Notes under the pieces: model-generated
The model's input: only the letters and a program-made list of their open reading frames with translations
What the model was told of the DNA's origin: nothing
The model's database searches: none
Origin: Malacoraja senta
Lineage: Eukaryota
Direction of reading: 5' to 3'
NCBI GenBank assembly: GCA_038087875.1
Contig: CM075990.1
Location: forward strand, 186,001-250,000
Length of the DNA stretch: 64,000 bases
Shown: positions 1 through 12,048 of the stretch, one piece after another
Position numbering within the stretch: the first letter of the stretch is position 1
Layout: each line of letters begins with the position of its first letter
Made by a program: the position numbers and the translations under genes

Positions 1-830
1 TCAACCCAAAACCCCCAAACAACCATTTGCAGTGCCTTTTACTTCAACCCAAAACCCCCAAAACAACATTTGCAGTGCCTTTTTACTTCAACCTAAACCC
101 CCCAAACAACCATTTGCAGTGCCTTTTACTTCTACCCAAAACCCCCAAAACAACATTTGCAGTGCCTTTTTACTTCAACCTAAACCCCCCAAACAACCAT
201 TTGCAGTGCCTTTTACTTCTACCCAAACAACGATTTGCAGTGCCTTTTACTTCAACTCAAACAACCATTTGCAATGCCTTTTACTTCAACCCGAACAACC
301 ATTTGCAGTGCTTTTTACTTCAACCAAAACCCCCCAAATAACCATTTGCAATGCCTTTTACTTCAACCCAAACCCCCCAAACAACCATTTGCAGTGCCTT
401 TTACTTCAACCCAAACCCCCCAAACAACCATTTGCAGTGCCTTTTACTTCAACCCAAACCCCCCAAACAACTATTTGCAGTGCCTTTTACTTCAACCCAA
501 ACCCCCCAAACAACTATTTGCAGTGCCTTTTACTTCAACCCAAAACCCCCAAATAACCATTTGCAATGCCTTTTACTTCAACCTATAACCCCCAAACAAC
601 CATTTGCAGTGCCATTTACTTTAACCCAAAACCCCCAAACAACAATTTGAGGTGCCTTATTCTTCAACCCAAACCCCCAAACAACCATTTGCAGTGCCAT
701 TTGCTTCAACCCCAAACCACCATTTGCAGTGCCTTTTAATTCAACCCAAAACCCCTAATCAACCATTTGCAGTGCTTTTTGCTTCAACGCAAAACCCCCA
801 AACAACCATTTGCAGTGCTTTTTACATCAA
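1..830. repeat. Tandem satellite, ~43-44 bp unit (ACCATTTGCAGTGCCTTTTACTTCAACCCAAAACCCCCAAACA); runs off the window start
   Basis: Roughly 19-20 visible copies. There is an 87-bp dimer near the start (the 29-aa repeat in the ORF track) and shorter ~35-bp variants lacking the C-run. The array decays towards 830. Confidence 0.95.
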
Positions 831-945
831 GAGTGTTTTATTGTAATGTCCCAGATAGAACAATGAAATTCTTACTTGCAGCAGCACAACAGAATATGTA
901 AACATAGTACACTGTAAACAATATAATAAACAAGAGAAAAAGATC
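830..945 (-). mobile_element. Short LINE 3'-UTR remnant (Rex/Babar-like tail)
   Basis: TTTATTGT...GAACAATGAAATTCTTACTTGCAGCAGCACAACAG resembles the minus-strand 3' end of the Rex copy at ~28210. Confidence 0.4.
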
Positions 946-1047
946 AGTGTGTGTGTATATATACACATACTCACACATACATGTATATATTATATATGTA
1001 TCTAGATATATACATGCACACACATATGTACACATGGGTGACAATCG

Positions 1048-1283
1048 GTGCTGTCTGCATGGAGTTTGTACATTCTTCCCGTGTTCTGCTTGGGTTTTCT
1101 CCAAATTTTTCGGTTTCCTCCCGCACTACAAGGACGTACAGGTTTGTAGGTTAATTGGCTTGGTATCAATGTAAAATTGTCCCTAGTGTGCTTAGGGTGG
1201 TGTTAGTGCGCAGGAATCGCTGGTCGGTGCAGACTCGGTAGGGTGAAGGGCCTGTTTCCATTCTGTGCTCTAAACTAAACTAA
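1048..1283 (+). mobile_element. HE1-type V-SINE, 5'-truncated
   Basis: GGTGCTGTCTG..GGAGTTTGTAC core and a CR1-like 3' end finishing in (CTAAA)n. Confidence 0.85.
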
Positions 1284-1505
1284 TCAAAACATCAATAATA
1301 GTACTATAATAACAATAATAGTATACAATGGGGGATACTCTGCATTTTGCAGATGGTACACACTGTGGTCAGTGTCCATGTGTAGACAGCAATAGTTTTC
1401 AGAGTGATCGAAGGGGGGTTTATCAAGCTGTCTATCTGCGATAACGTCAAACTTTCTATTGTGTCTTGAAGCTACACTCACCTGAGTAATTGTTTTGCAA
1501 CTTGT

Positions 1506-1905
1506 GTATAAAATGTGTATAAAATCACGAGAGGAATAGATCGGGTAGATACCCACAGTCTCTTGCCCAGAATAGGTGAATCGAGGACCAGAGGACATGG
1601 GTTTAAGGTGAAGGGGAAAACAACTAATAGGAATCTAAGAAGTAACTTTTTCACACAAAGAGGGATGGGTGTATTGAAGGAGCTGCTAGAGGAGGTAGTT
1701 GAGGCAGGGACTATCCCAACATTTAAAAAACATTTAGACAAGTACATGGATAGGACAGGTTTGGATGGATATGGGCCAAACACGGGCAGGTGGGATTAGG
1801 ACATGTGTAACTGGGACATGTTATCCGGTGTGGGCACATTGGGCCGAAGGGCCTGTGTCCGCGCTGTAGCGCTCTTATGACTTTATGATGACTTTATGAC
1901 TCTAT
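1506..1905 (+). mobile_element. CR1 LINE 3' fragment
   Basis: ORF 1515-1799 reads YKITRGIDRVD..TRGHGFKVKG..FFTQR (CR1 ORF2 C-terminus). The tail is (TATGACT)n-like. Confidence 0.9.
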
Positions 1906-2262
1906 ATCTTGACCTGGACTTTGCAGATGATGGGAAGGCTTTGAGAAGTCCATTGTTTAATCCCGCACTACACAATACCACACAAATTATTGTGCTGCTT
2001 GAACATCACAGATGTTGCCTAATGCAACTGAGCTTGTGGTCCAGAATGTGGATGAAGTGATATTATTGAATGCTGATGAAAATGACCAGGTGTTCCTCTG
2101 TGGGAAATGCTCATTGCCTGCCTTCAGTGTGTGTCACAAGTACAATTTGTCACAAAGCAATCCAACCCAGAATGTTGCCAAGGTCTTAGACCATGCAGGA
2201 ACATAATGATTCATTCTCTGTATCCAGAAACTGTAGAATTGGTTCCATAGATGAAATGAACA

Positions 2263-2880
2263 GTGATCAGTTCTGGGCACCATGTTATAGGAACAATGTT
2301 ATTAAGCTGGAAAGAGTACAGCGAAGATTTACGAGGATGTTGCCAGGACTCAAGCCTCTGAGCAATAGGGAGAGGTTGGGTAGGCTGTGACTCTATTCCT
2401 TGGAGTGCAGGAGGATGAGGGGTGATCTTGTAGAGGTGTACAACATCATGAGAGGAATAGATCCGGTAGATGCACAGAGTCTCGCCCAGATTAGGTGAAT
2501 CGAGGACCAGTGGAGATAGGTTTAAGGTGAAACGGGCAAGATTCAATATGAATATGAGGGGTAATTCTTTCACACAAAGGTTGGTGGTTGTATGGAATGT
2601 GCTACCAGAGGAGGTAGTTGAGGGAGGGACTATCCCAACGTTTAAGAAACAGTTAGACAGACACGTAGATGCGCCTACTCCTTCCCTCCAGAGATGCTGT
2701 TTGATCCACTAAGTTACTCAGCTTTTTGTGCCTATCTTAGGCACATAGATAGGACATGTTTAGAGGGATATGGGCCAAACGCAGGCAGATGGGACTCGTA
2801 TAGATGGGACATGTGGGTCGGTGTGGGCAAGTTGGGCCGAAGGGCCTGTTGCCACACTTTATGACTATGATTCTATGATT
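2263..2880 (+). mobile_element. CR1 LINE 3' fragment, interrupted at ~2671-2740 by a Penelope-end remnant
   Basis: QFWAPCYR..LERVQRRFTRMLPGL and SFTQRLVVVWNVLP motifs. The insert CCAGAGATGCTG..AGTTACTC is flanked by an imperfect duplication (ACACGTAGAT/GCACATAGAT). Confidence 0.85.
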
Positions 2881-2904
2881 AATCAATCTCTTACAAGATT
2901 GCAT

Positions 2905-4890
2905 AAGAACACAAGAATAGGAGTTGGAGTAGGCTATTTATTCACTAAAGCCGGCCACACCCAGCATTCAATATGATCATAGCTGGTCGATCCTGGCCTT
3001 AACTTCCCTTCAATGCCTGTTCCCCATAACTCTTAATGCCTCTATCTTTTAGATATTTATCTACCTCCACTTCACAAATGTCTAATGATCTGCCTTGCAT
3101 CAACCCCGGGGCAGAAATTTACAAAAATTCATAACTCTCTGAGAAAAGAAATTTTAAATGACTGGCGGCATTCCATGTAGTAATGTCCCTAAGAATGTGA
3201 CTCCCTCAATATGGTATGGGACTTTATTTGTCACATGTAATGAGGTACAGTGAAATTCATTTTTGGCTAAGTACAAGTATCACTATACATAAGCACTTGT
3301 ATACATCCTGGATAAGCATCTCAGATACAGCACAAGTGTACAGCAATAGTACACTGAAACAGTATACAGAGTCGCCAGTTTGGTGCCATTTTCAAGTCCC
3401 AGTTGTTGAAAGTGTAGGGATCTTGATCTGACCACGAAGGCCTGTTGTCCTGCTGGTGTTGCAGGGTCGGCCTGGCCAACCGAAGCCGTGGTGTCCTCCG
3501 CCGCTGCTCCACCGCGTGCAGTCCATGTGCTCGGCCTCTTGGAGCGGAGCCCGGTCCAGCTGAGCCCCAGGCTGCTGCAGGGCCTCCAGCGGCCCACTTC
3601 ACTGTCGAAGCCGTGCACTCCCTCCTGCAGACGGTCAGCTTACTGGCCCACCGTCCGACTCCTTCTTCTCTAGGCGGGAGAGCCAAGCCTTCCAGGTGGG
3701 TTCGGGTCTACGGCGCGGGTCCTTGATCTGAGGCGGACAAATCGGGCCTACCGGGTGGGTCCTCCGTCCACGGCAGGCGAGTCCCCAGTCTGTGACAGGC
3801 AAGCCGGACTTTCCGGGCAGGTTCTCCATCCTCGTTCTGCAGTGGGTAAGCTGGATCTTCTGGCTGGTCCTCGGTGTTCTGTCCGCAGTGGACAGTCTAG
3901 GCCTGCTGGTGGATCAGGCCACAGTAGTGGCAATATCCTAATATCTACCCCGTTAACCCTTCTGAAAATCTTATGTTTAAATTTAGTTACAATCATTCCT
4001 CTGAACTCCATGGAAATCAGAACCCCAGCCGTCCATCCTCTCATGAAAGGACAACCCTCTCACTCCAGGAATTAGCTGGGCAAATCTCCTTTGGACGGCC
4101 TCCAACAATACTATATCCTTTTTATTTCCAAGTAAGGAGTCAAAATCTATGTGCAATATTCTTGGATAGGCCTCACTAACATCCTATACAATTACAACAA
4201 AACTCCCTATTCTTAACGATAGACACAAATGCTGGAGTAACTCGGCAGGACAGAGGTAAGGAAGGGTAAGGTGTGAAAAGGAGACACCAAAATGGCTGGG
4301 AAAATGTGGAATAGATCACTGCTAGCTAGATGGTGACAACTATGCAAACAGAGATGAAATGTAATCGGGGACAGTCAGAATAATCGGAGAACTGGGAAGG
4401 GGGAGGGGATGGAGAGAGAGGTAAAGCAGGGGTTACTTGAAGTTAGAGGTCAACATTTAGGTGTAAGCTGCACAAGCAAAATATAGGGTGCTGTTCCTCC
4501 AATTTGCGCTGGGTCTCACTCTGACAATGGAGGAGGCTCAGGACAAAAGGTCAGTGTGGGAATGGGAGGGGGAGTTAAAGTGGTTAGTAACCGGGAGATC
4601 AGGTAGGTTTGGGCGGACTGGACGGAGGTGTTCAGCGACATGATCGCTGAGCCAGCGCTTGGTCTCGCCGATATACTGGAGTCCACACCTGGAACAGCGG
4701 ATACAGTAGACGAGGTTGATGGAGGTGTAAGTGAACCTCTGCCTCACCTGCAAAGACTATTCTTAAATTCTTATTCTTAAACCCCTTCACAATGAAGGCC
4801 AAAATGCCATTTTTCTTCTTAATCACGTTTGACCTACCTGGCAACTATTTGTGATTTACAGGCCAGAATACCTGGATCCTTCTGAACTTC
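2905..4890 (-). mobile_element. Old CR1 3' region, fragmented by an unclassified repeat (~3220-3890) and a Penelope fragment
   Basis: CATAAGAAC..ATAGGAG tail at 2902. ORF remnants read GVDIRILPL (3748-4044) and KKNGILAFIVKGF (4632-4844). Confidence 0.6.
4221..4755 (-). mobile_element. Penelope-like element 3' fragment encoding a GIY-YIG endonuclease remnant
   Basis: ORF 4538-4753 reads LVYCIRCSRCGLQYIGETKR..EH..HFNSPSH (GIY-YIG with CCHH residues). It is followed by the same terminal sequence as the short hammerhead-bearing repeats. Confidence 0.85.
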
Positions 4891-4894
4891 ACTT

Positions 4895-5150
4895 GGAGTC
4901 AGAGTGCGCACCGACCATGTGATCTCCGTACATTAACACTATCCTACACTAGGGATAATTTTTACATATACATCAAGCCAATTAACCTACAAACCTGTAC
5001 GTCTTTGGAGTTTGGGAGGAAGCCGAAGATCTCAGAGAAAACCCACACAGGTCACGGGAAGAACGTACAAACTCCATCCAGACTAAAGGTACTTGGTTCC
5101 CCGAGGCAAATGTAGCCAGGATTGCAGCCTATCTACCGCTGTGCCACAGT
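4895..5150 (-). mobile_element. HE1-type V-SINE
   Basis: Reverse complement of the SINE core (ACCTACAAACCTGTACGTCTTTGGAG..GAACGTACAAACTCC). Confidence 0.8.
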
Positions 5151-5850
5151 TTAAATGTATTGCCTCAACTACCTCTGACAACTCATTCCACATATACAGA
5201 GCCTCTGCATGAAAGGTTGTCCCTCGGATTCCTATCTGAAGAAGGGTTTCGGCCCGAAACGTTGCCTATTTCCTTCGCTCCATAGATGCTGCCGCACCCG
5301 CTGAGTTTCTCCAGCACTTTTGTCTACCTCTGCATGAAAAGTTGTCCCTCGGATTCCTATTAAATCTTTCCTATCTCACCTTAAAATATGTCCTCTAGTT
5401 CGTAAACCCCCTTCCCAGCGAAAAATACTGCATGCACCCTATCTATCCCGCTCATGATTTCATACGCTTCCATAAGATCACCCCTCAACCTCTTGCCCTC
5501 ATATTATAAAGACCAATTCAGTCCAATCTCCTCTATACCTCAGGGCCTTGAATCCTAGGAACATCCTCATAAATCTTATCTGCACATTTTCTAGCTTGAT
5601 GGCATCTTTTCTATAGCAGGGTGACCAAAACTGAACACAATACTCTAAGTGCGGCCTCACCAACATCTTGTACAATGTAATACCATGTCTCCACTCAATT
5701 TCTTGACTTATGAAGGTTAGGTTGCCAAATGTCTTCTTCATCATCCTATCTATTTGCAATGCCAATTTCAGGCAAGCAAGTACTTCTACTCTGAGATCCC
5801 TCAGCTCTACAAGACTCAAGTCCCTACAGGTCACTGTGAAGGTCCTGCCC
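5150..5850 (-). mobile_element. CR1 3' fragment, host of the 91-bp insert
   Basis: ORF 5499-5834 reads LYKMLVRPHLEYCVQFWSPCYRKD. Confidence 0.85.
5236..5326 (+). ncRNA. Solo Penelope-terminal fragment with a minimal hammerhead-ribozyme-like motif
   Basis: CTGAAGA-A-GGGTTTCGGCCC(stem II)-GAAACGTT. It is flanked by a 34-bp direct duplication at 5202-5235 and 5327-5360 (1 mismatch). Confidence 0.65.
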
Positions 5851-6599
5851 TAATGATGATGAAGATACTTTATTGTCACTTGGATATTCATTGTTTTCAA
5901 GTACACAAAAGAGTCGCCACAAAAGTGCTGAAAAATTAACAAAATGTACTCCTCTTCTCCTCCAACCCACAGACAATCAGGTACTGCACCCACACACACG
6001 GGCAATGACTAAGCCGCCAGGATAAACCAGTGACTGCCAGCATTGCCTCTTCAAGCTCTAAAATTGAGCTGGCAGGATAAGCCTGAGACCACCGGCAACC
6101 CCTCTCGATGCAAGGGTGAACTGTGGGGATAAACCTGAGACAGCCACGCCTCCTCCTTACAGCACGGTGGCGCAGCAGTTGAGTTGCTGCCTTAAGCCCC
6201 TGTCCCACTTACGTGTCCTTGGCACGCTAATTACGCGACCTCATGGTCGCGTTGAGGCGCGACTGTCCCGCGAAGGTCGCAAGCGATTTCATGCGCCCGC
6301 ACAGCCGACTGGCTGCATCTCTGGAGAGAAGGAATGGGTGATGTTTCGTGTCGAGACTCTTCTTCAGTCTGAAAGAAGGGTCTTGACCCGAAACGTCACC
6401 CATTGCTTCTCTCCAGAGATGCTGCCGGTCCCGCTGAGTTACTCCAGCATTTTGTGTCTATCTTCAATTTTCTTGGAACCGCTCTTTTTTTTTTTTTTTT
6501 TCCGTAAATGTTCTTTTTGTTAGATTTTTAAACAAATGTACAATTTACAAGGGAGGGTAGAAAGCTCAAACAATTTAAAAAACACTTAAACAAAATTAT

Positions 6600-9500
6600 C
6601 AAATTAAAATATTAACATTTTTATCTGTAATATATTCAACCTCCTGCGGTGACCAGCATTCACAGAAGGCCTCCACAGTCCCCGTGGACACCGCGTGTTC
6701 CCTCTCTAGGGACACGCGGGCACGGACGCAACCCCGGAAAAGGGGCAGGCAGCCGACCGCTGTGCGGCCATATACTCGTGGAACACGGTCTCTTCCTCAC
6801 CGCAGAAATGACAAGCAGGGGAAGAGTCCATGAACCGGCTCAAGTACCTATTACAGGCCACGGCTTTGTGCAAAACTCTCCACCCCAGGTCCCCGATGTA
6901 AAGGGGGAGGACTCCCTTGTAGAGAGACCTCCACTGGGGACCGCTCCCCTCGTCAGGTGGTAACACGGACCGCCAGGGTGTGTCTGGATGGAAGACGAGG
7001 GCGAGGAAGTGGAGAGTGTGCAAGAGCAGCCTGTACAGTATGCGCCTCTCCGCGCCACAGAATGGAACACTGGGCATCTCAGAAAGGCGGCTCGTGTTGC
7101 ATGGGGCCGGCTCTCGGGGAGGGTCCCGGGCTATGGGCCCTATGAACAATTCCGACTGAGCGGGGGTAAGCTCGTCCGGAATCGTTCCATGTACACGCCT
7201 CTCCTCGAAACCCACCGTCACAGCCCCGACACCCCCCTTCCCCTGAGGAGCAGGGCCCTGGCTGAAGCTGACCAAATTCCTGGCCTTCAGGAGTTCACGG
7301 TAAAAACCAGGCAACTCCCGCCTAGCGCGTCGACTCATGCCCGCTACCGGGAGCCGGGAGCCCTCCTGAAGGCACCGCCCCTGACGGAAAAAGTACGTCG
7401 CCAGCACGTGCCATTTAGGAGGGTAGTCCGAGTAGACGTACCTCTGCAGGGTCCTGAGTCGGAGAGCCGCCACCAGGGTACGAATACAGACCAGCGCCTG
7501 ACCACCCTCCTCCAACGGGAGACTCAGAACCCCAGCAGAGACCCAGTGGTTCCTCTCACCCCAGAAGAAGTTGACCAATCTCCTCTGTAACATGGTTATA
7601 AAATAAGAGGATGGGACCATAGTGGCCATCCGGTACCACAGCAGAGAGGCCACCAGCTGGTTTATAACTACAGCCCTGCCCCGGTAAGAGAGCACACCAA
7701 GTAGGTCGGACCAACGTCCCAGCCGGGCGACCACTTTCGCCTCCAGCTCCTGCCAGTTCGCCGGCCACCCCTCCTCAGCGGGACTCAGGTAGACCCCCAG
7801 ATAGAGGAGGTGCGTGGTACTCCACGCAAAATCTGCCATCTCCTCCGGCAGGGAGCCCACCTGCCACCCACCCACCAAGAGACCAGAACACTTCCCCCAG
7901 TTGATCCTGGCGGAGGATGCAGCCGAGAAAACCTGCTGGCACTCACGCATCCTCCACAAGTCAACGGGGTCGGTGAACATCAGAAGGACATCATCGGCAT
8001 AGGCCGAGAGAACCACCTCCATCCCCGGCCCCGGTAAAGCCAGGCCTGTCAACCTCCTCCGGAGAAGGCACAGGAAAGGCTCGACACAGATGGAATACAG
8101 CTGGCCGGACATGGGACATCCCTGACGAACCCCCCTCCCAAAGGGAATGGGGGCCAACAAAGTGCCGTTGACCTTAACAAGGCATTCTGCAGCAATATAT
8201 AAATGTCGGACCCAGGCCACAAAATGCGGTCCAAATCCGAACGCCTGCAGAGTCCCAAGAAGGTGGTCGTGCTCCACCCTGTCAAACGCCTTCTCCTGGT
8301 CGAGGGAGAGAAAGGCGACCGACTGACCAGCCCCCTGGGACAGATGGATCAGGTCCCAGAGCAGATGGATATTGTCCTGGATGGACCGGCCCGGGACTGT
8401 GTACGACTGGTCAGGGTGGATCACCTGGGACAGCACAGGACCCAGGCGATTCGCCAATGCCCGTGCAAAGACTTTATAGTCCGTGCTGAGGAGAGAGACC
8501 GGGCGCCAGTTCTTGAAAAGGCGAAGATCGCCCTTCTTGGGCAGCAGGACAACAACTGCCCTGCGCCAAGAGAAAGGCATCTCTCCGGTCGCCAGGCTCT
8601 CCCCCAGGACCTTCATATAGTCGCCCCCCAGGACATCCCAGAAGGCTCTAAGGTACTCCACAGTCAGCCCATCCAGCCCTGGAGACTTGCCCCTCCTGAG
8701 CTAGTGCAGGGCAACAGTCAACTCCTCCAGAGTTGGGGGATCATCCAGGTGTTCAGCCATATCATTGCACACAGTGGGTAAGCCCTCCCACAGGACTTCT
8801 TGCGCCTCCCCACTCGATGTGCCAGCCGAGAACAGAGTCCTGTAGAAAGACCGAACTGAGGCACCAATGCTCTCTGGATCTGTGACAGAGGAGCCATCAT
8901 CCGCAAGCAACTCTACAAGCTGCCTGCGGGCTCCTCGCCCCTTCTCCAGAGAAAAGAAAAAGGGGGAGGCGCGGTCCAGGTCGTGCAACATCTGGACCCG
9001 CGACCTCACATATGCACCCCGGGACTTCCTAAGCTGCAAGTCCCTCAGTGCTCCCTTCTTCTCCTGGTATTCCTCCCACTCACACGAAGCCCCACCAGTC
9101 TGATCCAGATGAGCCTCCGAGTCGAGCAACTCTCTCTCAAGCCGTCCGATCTCAGAGTCCCGCGCCTTGGTCGACCCCCTCGCGTAGTCCTGGCAAAACA
9201 GATGGACGTAGGCCTTCCCCACATCCCACCACTGCCTTAGGGAAAGGAAACGCCCCTGCCTCTCTCTCCACCTCACCCAGAACTGCCTGAATGAATCCCG
9301 GAATCGGCGATCCTCCAACAGCTGGCTATTAAAATGCCAGTACGCGGACCCTGCCCGTGTGCGCGCTGGGATAAAGTCCACTCGCACCAGGCAATGGTCC
9401 AAGCATGGCGCCGGCTGCATGGAGGCTGCCGAAACACATGAGACATAGGCCTTGGACACGTATAAATGATCAATACGGGAACCACCACCCTCAAACCTGT

Positions 9501-10071
9501 ACGAGAAGGCGTTAGAGTCAGGATGGAAATTCCGCCAAGCATCTACCAGCTCAAAAGAGTCCACCATCTCCCTCAAAGTCTTTACTGCTCCCGGGTCACG
9601 CTGAACGCCAGAGCAATCTCTTGTCTCGAGGGCACAATTAAAATCTCCCCCAAGGAAAACACACTCCCCACGGTCGATAGTATTCAACAACGTGGTCACT
9701 TCCCTTGTTAAGCGCGTCTGCATTGCGCCGATCTTGGGGGCGTACACATTAACAAAGTGTAATGGCACGCCATCCAAGCGCATGGCCAGATACAGCAAAC
9801 GGCCTGGTACAACGTCCTGCACTTTGAGGATCTCCGGCTTGAAAGACGGGGCCAACAGGAAGGCTACTCCACTCGATTTGGAGCTGAGATGACTCGTGTA
9901 GACCCCCCCTTCCCACTCCAGGAGCCAGGTGGGTTCATCACTAGCCACAGTGTGTGTTTCCTGCAGGAAGCTCACCGCATACCTCCCGTCCCTGAGCACT
10001 GAGAGATGGTGAAACCTACGGAGAGACCCCCTGCCCCCATTGATATTCAGGCTGGCTATAGTGAGCTTCAT
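6600..10071 (-). pseudogene. Tx1 ORF2: APE endonuclease, reverse transcriptase and C-terminal zinc finger
   Basis: SLNING, FLQETH, GGDFN, RID and DH endonuclease motifs; WRPVSLL, LDQEKAFD, QGCPMS and YADD RT motifs; CHFC..H zinc finger. There is an in-frame stop at 8701 and the C-terminus is disrupted. Confidence 0.92.
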
Positions 10072-12048
10072 TTTGAAAGTACACTAGATCTTTTACCCAT
10101 CCACGGTGATGGATTGGAGCCGCCCCTACCCTTCTGCCCTCTCTTTAGGGTCTTAAAAAGCTCTTGGAACTGGCGCCTCTCATTTCTTACTAGCCCCGCC
10201 TCATTCCCCTTCTTCTGAAGGATGGCATGAATGGACTGCATGGGCGCCCTCAGGTCCGACCAGCGGTCGACAGCCAAATCCACCTTGTTCCTACTCCTTC
10301 TAGTGTCCTTTAAGAACTTCCGAAGTTCCCAGACTTCGACAAGTCGAGACACGGGGCCGCGGGGTGGAGCAGTCCGTCAACTCACTGTCAACGGACTCCG
10401 CGTACCCTTCCTCCTCGCACTCAATGTCCGAGCCCGAGTCCAGAAGGTTACTACTCTCAGCCGCCTCGCTCACCCCTCCCTGTGAGGTGGGCATTCCAGC
10501 CATATCACACAGTCCCTCCTCTGTCACCATCCCACCCCCAGGATCAGTGACAGGGGCAGGTACCAGTGCCTCTGACCGCGGCAAGCTATCTGACAATTGG
10601 CCAGTCTCCTGCACGCTCCCATCGCCCTCTGTAACCGGATTGGGAACAGTGAAGTCAGAGCAAGTCTCCGGGCCTTGCTGTAAGCGTGTATGTATGGAGT
10701 CCGACCTAAGGACACGATCCGAAACGATCACCCCACTGTGGCCCTCAGGGGCCGATGTTACTGGAGTCTCCCCTGCTCCCTCAACCGTAGCCTCAACGGG
10801 GAGCTCATGTTGGGGACCCACCCCCTCACCCAAGTCCCCCCCCTTCAGGCTGCCCCTGGTCATCCACTAAGCTAGCAGACGTGTTCTCTGGGGGAACAGC
10901 CCCCAAGAGTAATATATCGCCACTCTCAGGTGGTCCCAGACCTACAGAGGCATCCTCCTCCTCAGAGGAAACGTGCCCTGGGTACCCCACCTCAACAGGA
11001 GGGGAAAACTCCCCTTCAGGTTGCCCCTGAACTTCAGGCCCCTTCTCTGTATCGGAGGACCCATGCCTCCTCCTCTTCGAACCACTGGCGTACGGTGGTA
11101 CGGTGAGCTCCATTGCAGAAGCCTCTACCTCCGCACTACCGTCTATCTCAGAGGCAAGCACAAAATTATCTGCTGCCTGCGGTCCCACTTGGAGGTGATC
11201 ATCTTCTAGGGGACCCGCCTGGAGATGTTTCTTCTTTTTCTTGACTTTCCTCCCCCTCTGATGCTCCCAAACCTTCCCATCCACCCCACGCACTTCTCCG
11301 GCATCCACCGCCACAGGTACGGGACATGGGGATGGTGGGGGGATAGGGGTTGGGGGTAGGGGAGTAAAGCCTTCACGGGCCACCGTGGTAAAACCAGCAG
11401 CCCCAGATGGGCCAGTAATGCTTTCCCGTGCCATCATGGTGGAACTGGCAGCCCAGGTCCTGGGACAATTCTTGCGAAAATGCCCCACCTTTTTGCAAGC
11501 GTGACAACGCACTTGGCCCGCATTCCAGAACATGCGATAGGAGAAATCATCCACCTCCACCTCAAAACTCCCCTCCGTCCATCCCCTGTGCCAACTGCAT
11601 ATACACGCGATGCTTGAACATATATATATGCTGCATCTCAGGATCGTCAAACCTGTGCAACAGTTTGGTGAGCCCTGACCGCACCTCCCCCAGCTTCCTT
11701 ACATGTGGGAGCAGGAGCGCATCCGGAACAAAAGTGGGAACGTTGGACAGAATGACCGGCAAAACCGGACCCCGCCATGGGTCCACCGCCGCTGTTACCC
11801 CCCTTTCCAGAGCTAGAGCCACCGCCTGTTCAGTCTTTAGTAGAACCACAACCTTCCCACTGACCACCGCGTCCGAGACTATGGCTTTCTTGCCAACAGT
11901 CTCACCCAGCGCATCTAGTAAGGCCTTTAAGGGCAGGTTGCTCTGCATGTACATTTTTACACCATATGTGCGCCCCATCAACTCGTGGCCCTCAGTCTCG
12001 GAGACTGCCGACCGTGCGACAGCTGCATAACTCTGAGGGGCCGCCATC
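10068..12048 (-). pseudogene. Tx1 ORF1: gag-like protein with a zinc knuckle
   Basis: MAAPQSYAAVA start, VILSNVPTFVPD, CHACKKVGHFRKNC and a long acidic linker. It is frameshifted across ORFs 11562-12404, 10826-11650, 10300-10863 and 10068-10352. Its stop overlaps the ORF2 ATG. Confidence 0.85.

Noticed and set aside
27..846. Repetitive ORFs of 64-174 aa, and a CRISPR-like repeat/spacer look
   Set aside because: These are translations of the satellite. The spacers are homologous A/C runs, there are no cas genes, and the DNA is eukaryotic.
947..1040. ORFs over (TA/CA)n sequence
   Set aside because: Low-complexity microsatellite.
1470..1500. Strong minus-strand splice donor CAG|GTGAGT
   Set aside because: No plausible exon or acceptor; a CR1 fragment lies directly upstream.
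3220..3890. GC-rich segment with overlapping ORFs
   Set aside because: No recognisable domain. It interrupts an old CR1 and starts with a LINE-like TTTATT tail, so it is probably an unclassified repeat.
6192..6195. Kolobok or piggyBac (TTAA) classification of the MITEs
   Set aside because: Host reconstruction at all three sites requires a 3-bp TWA duplication.
6988..8781. Plus-strand ORFs of ~190-200 aa
   Set aside because: Antisense shadows of GC-rich Tx1 ORF2.
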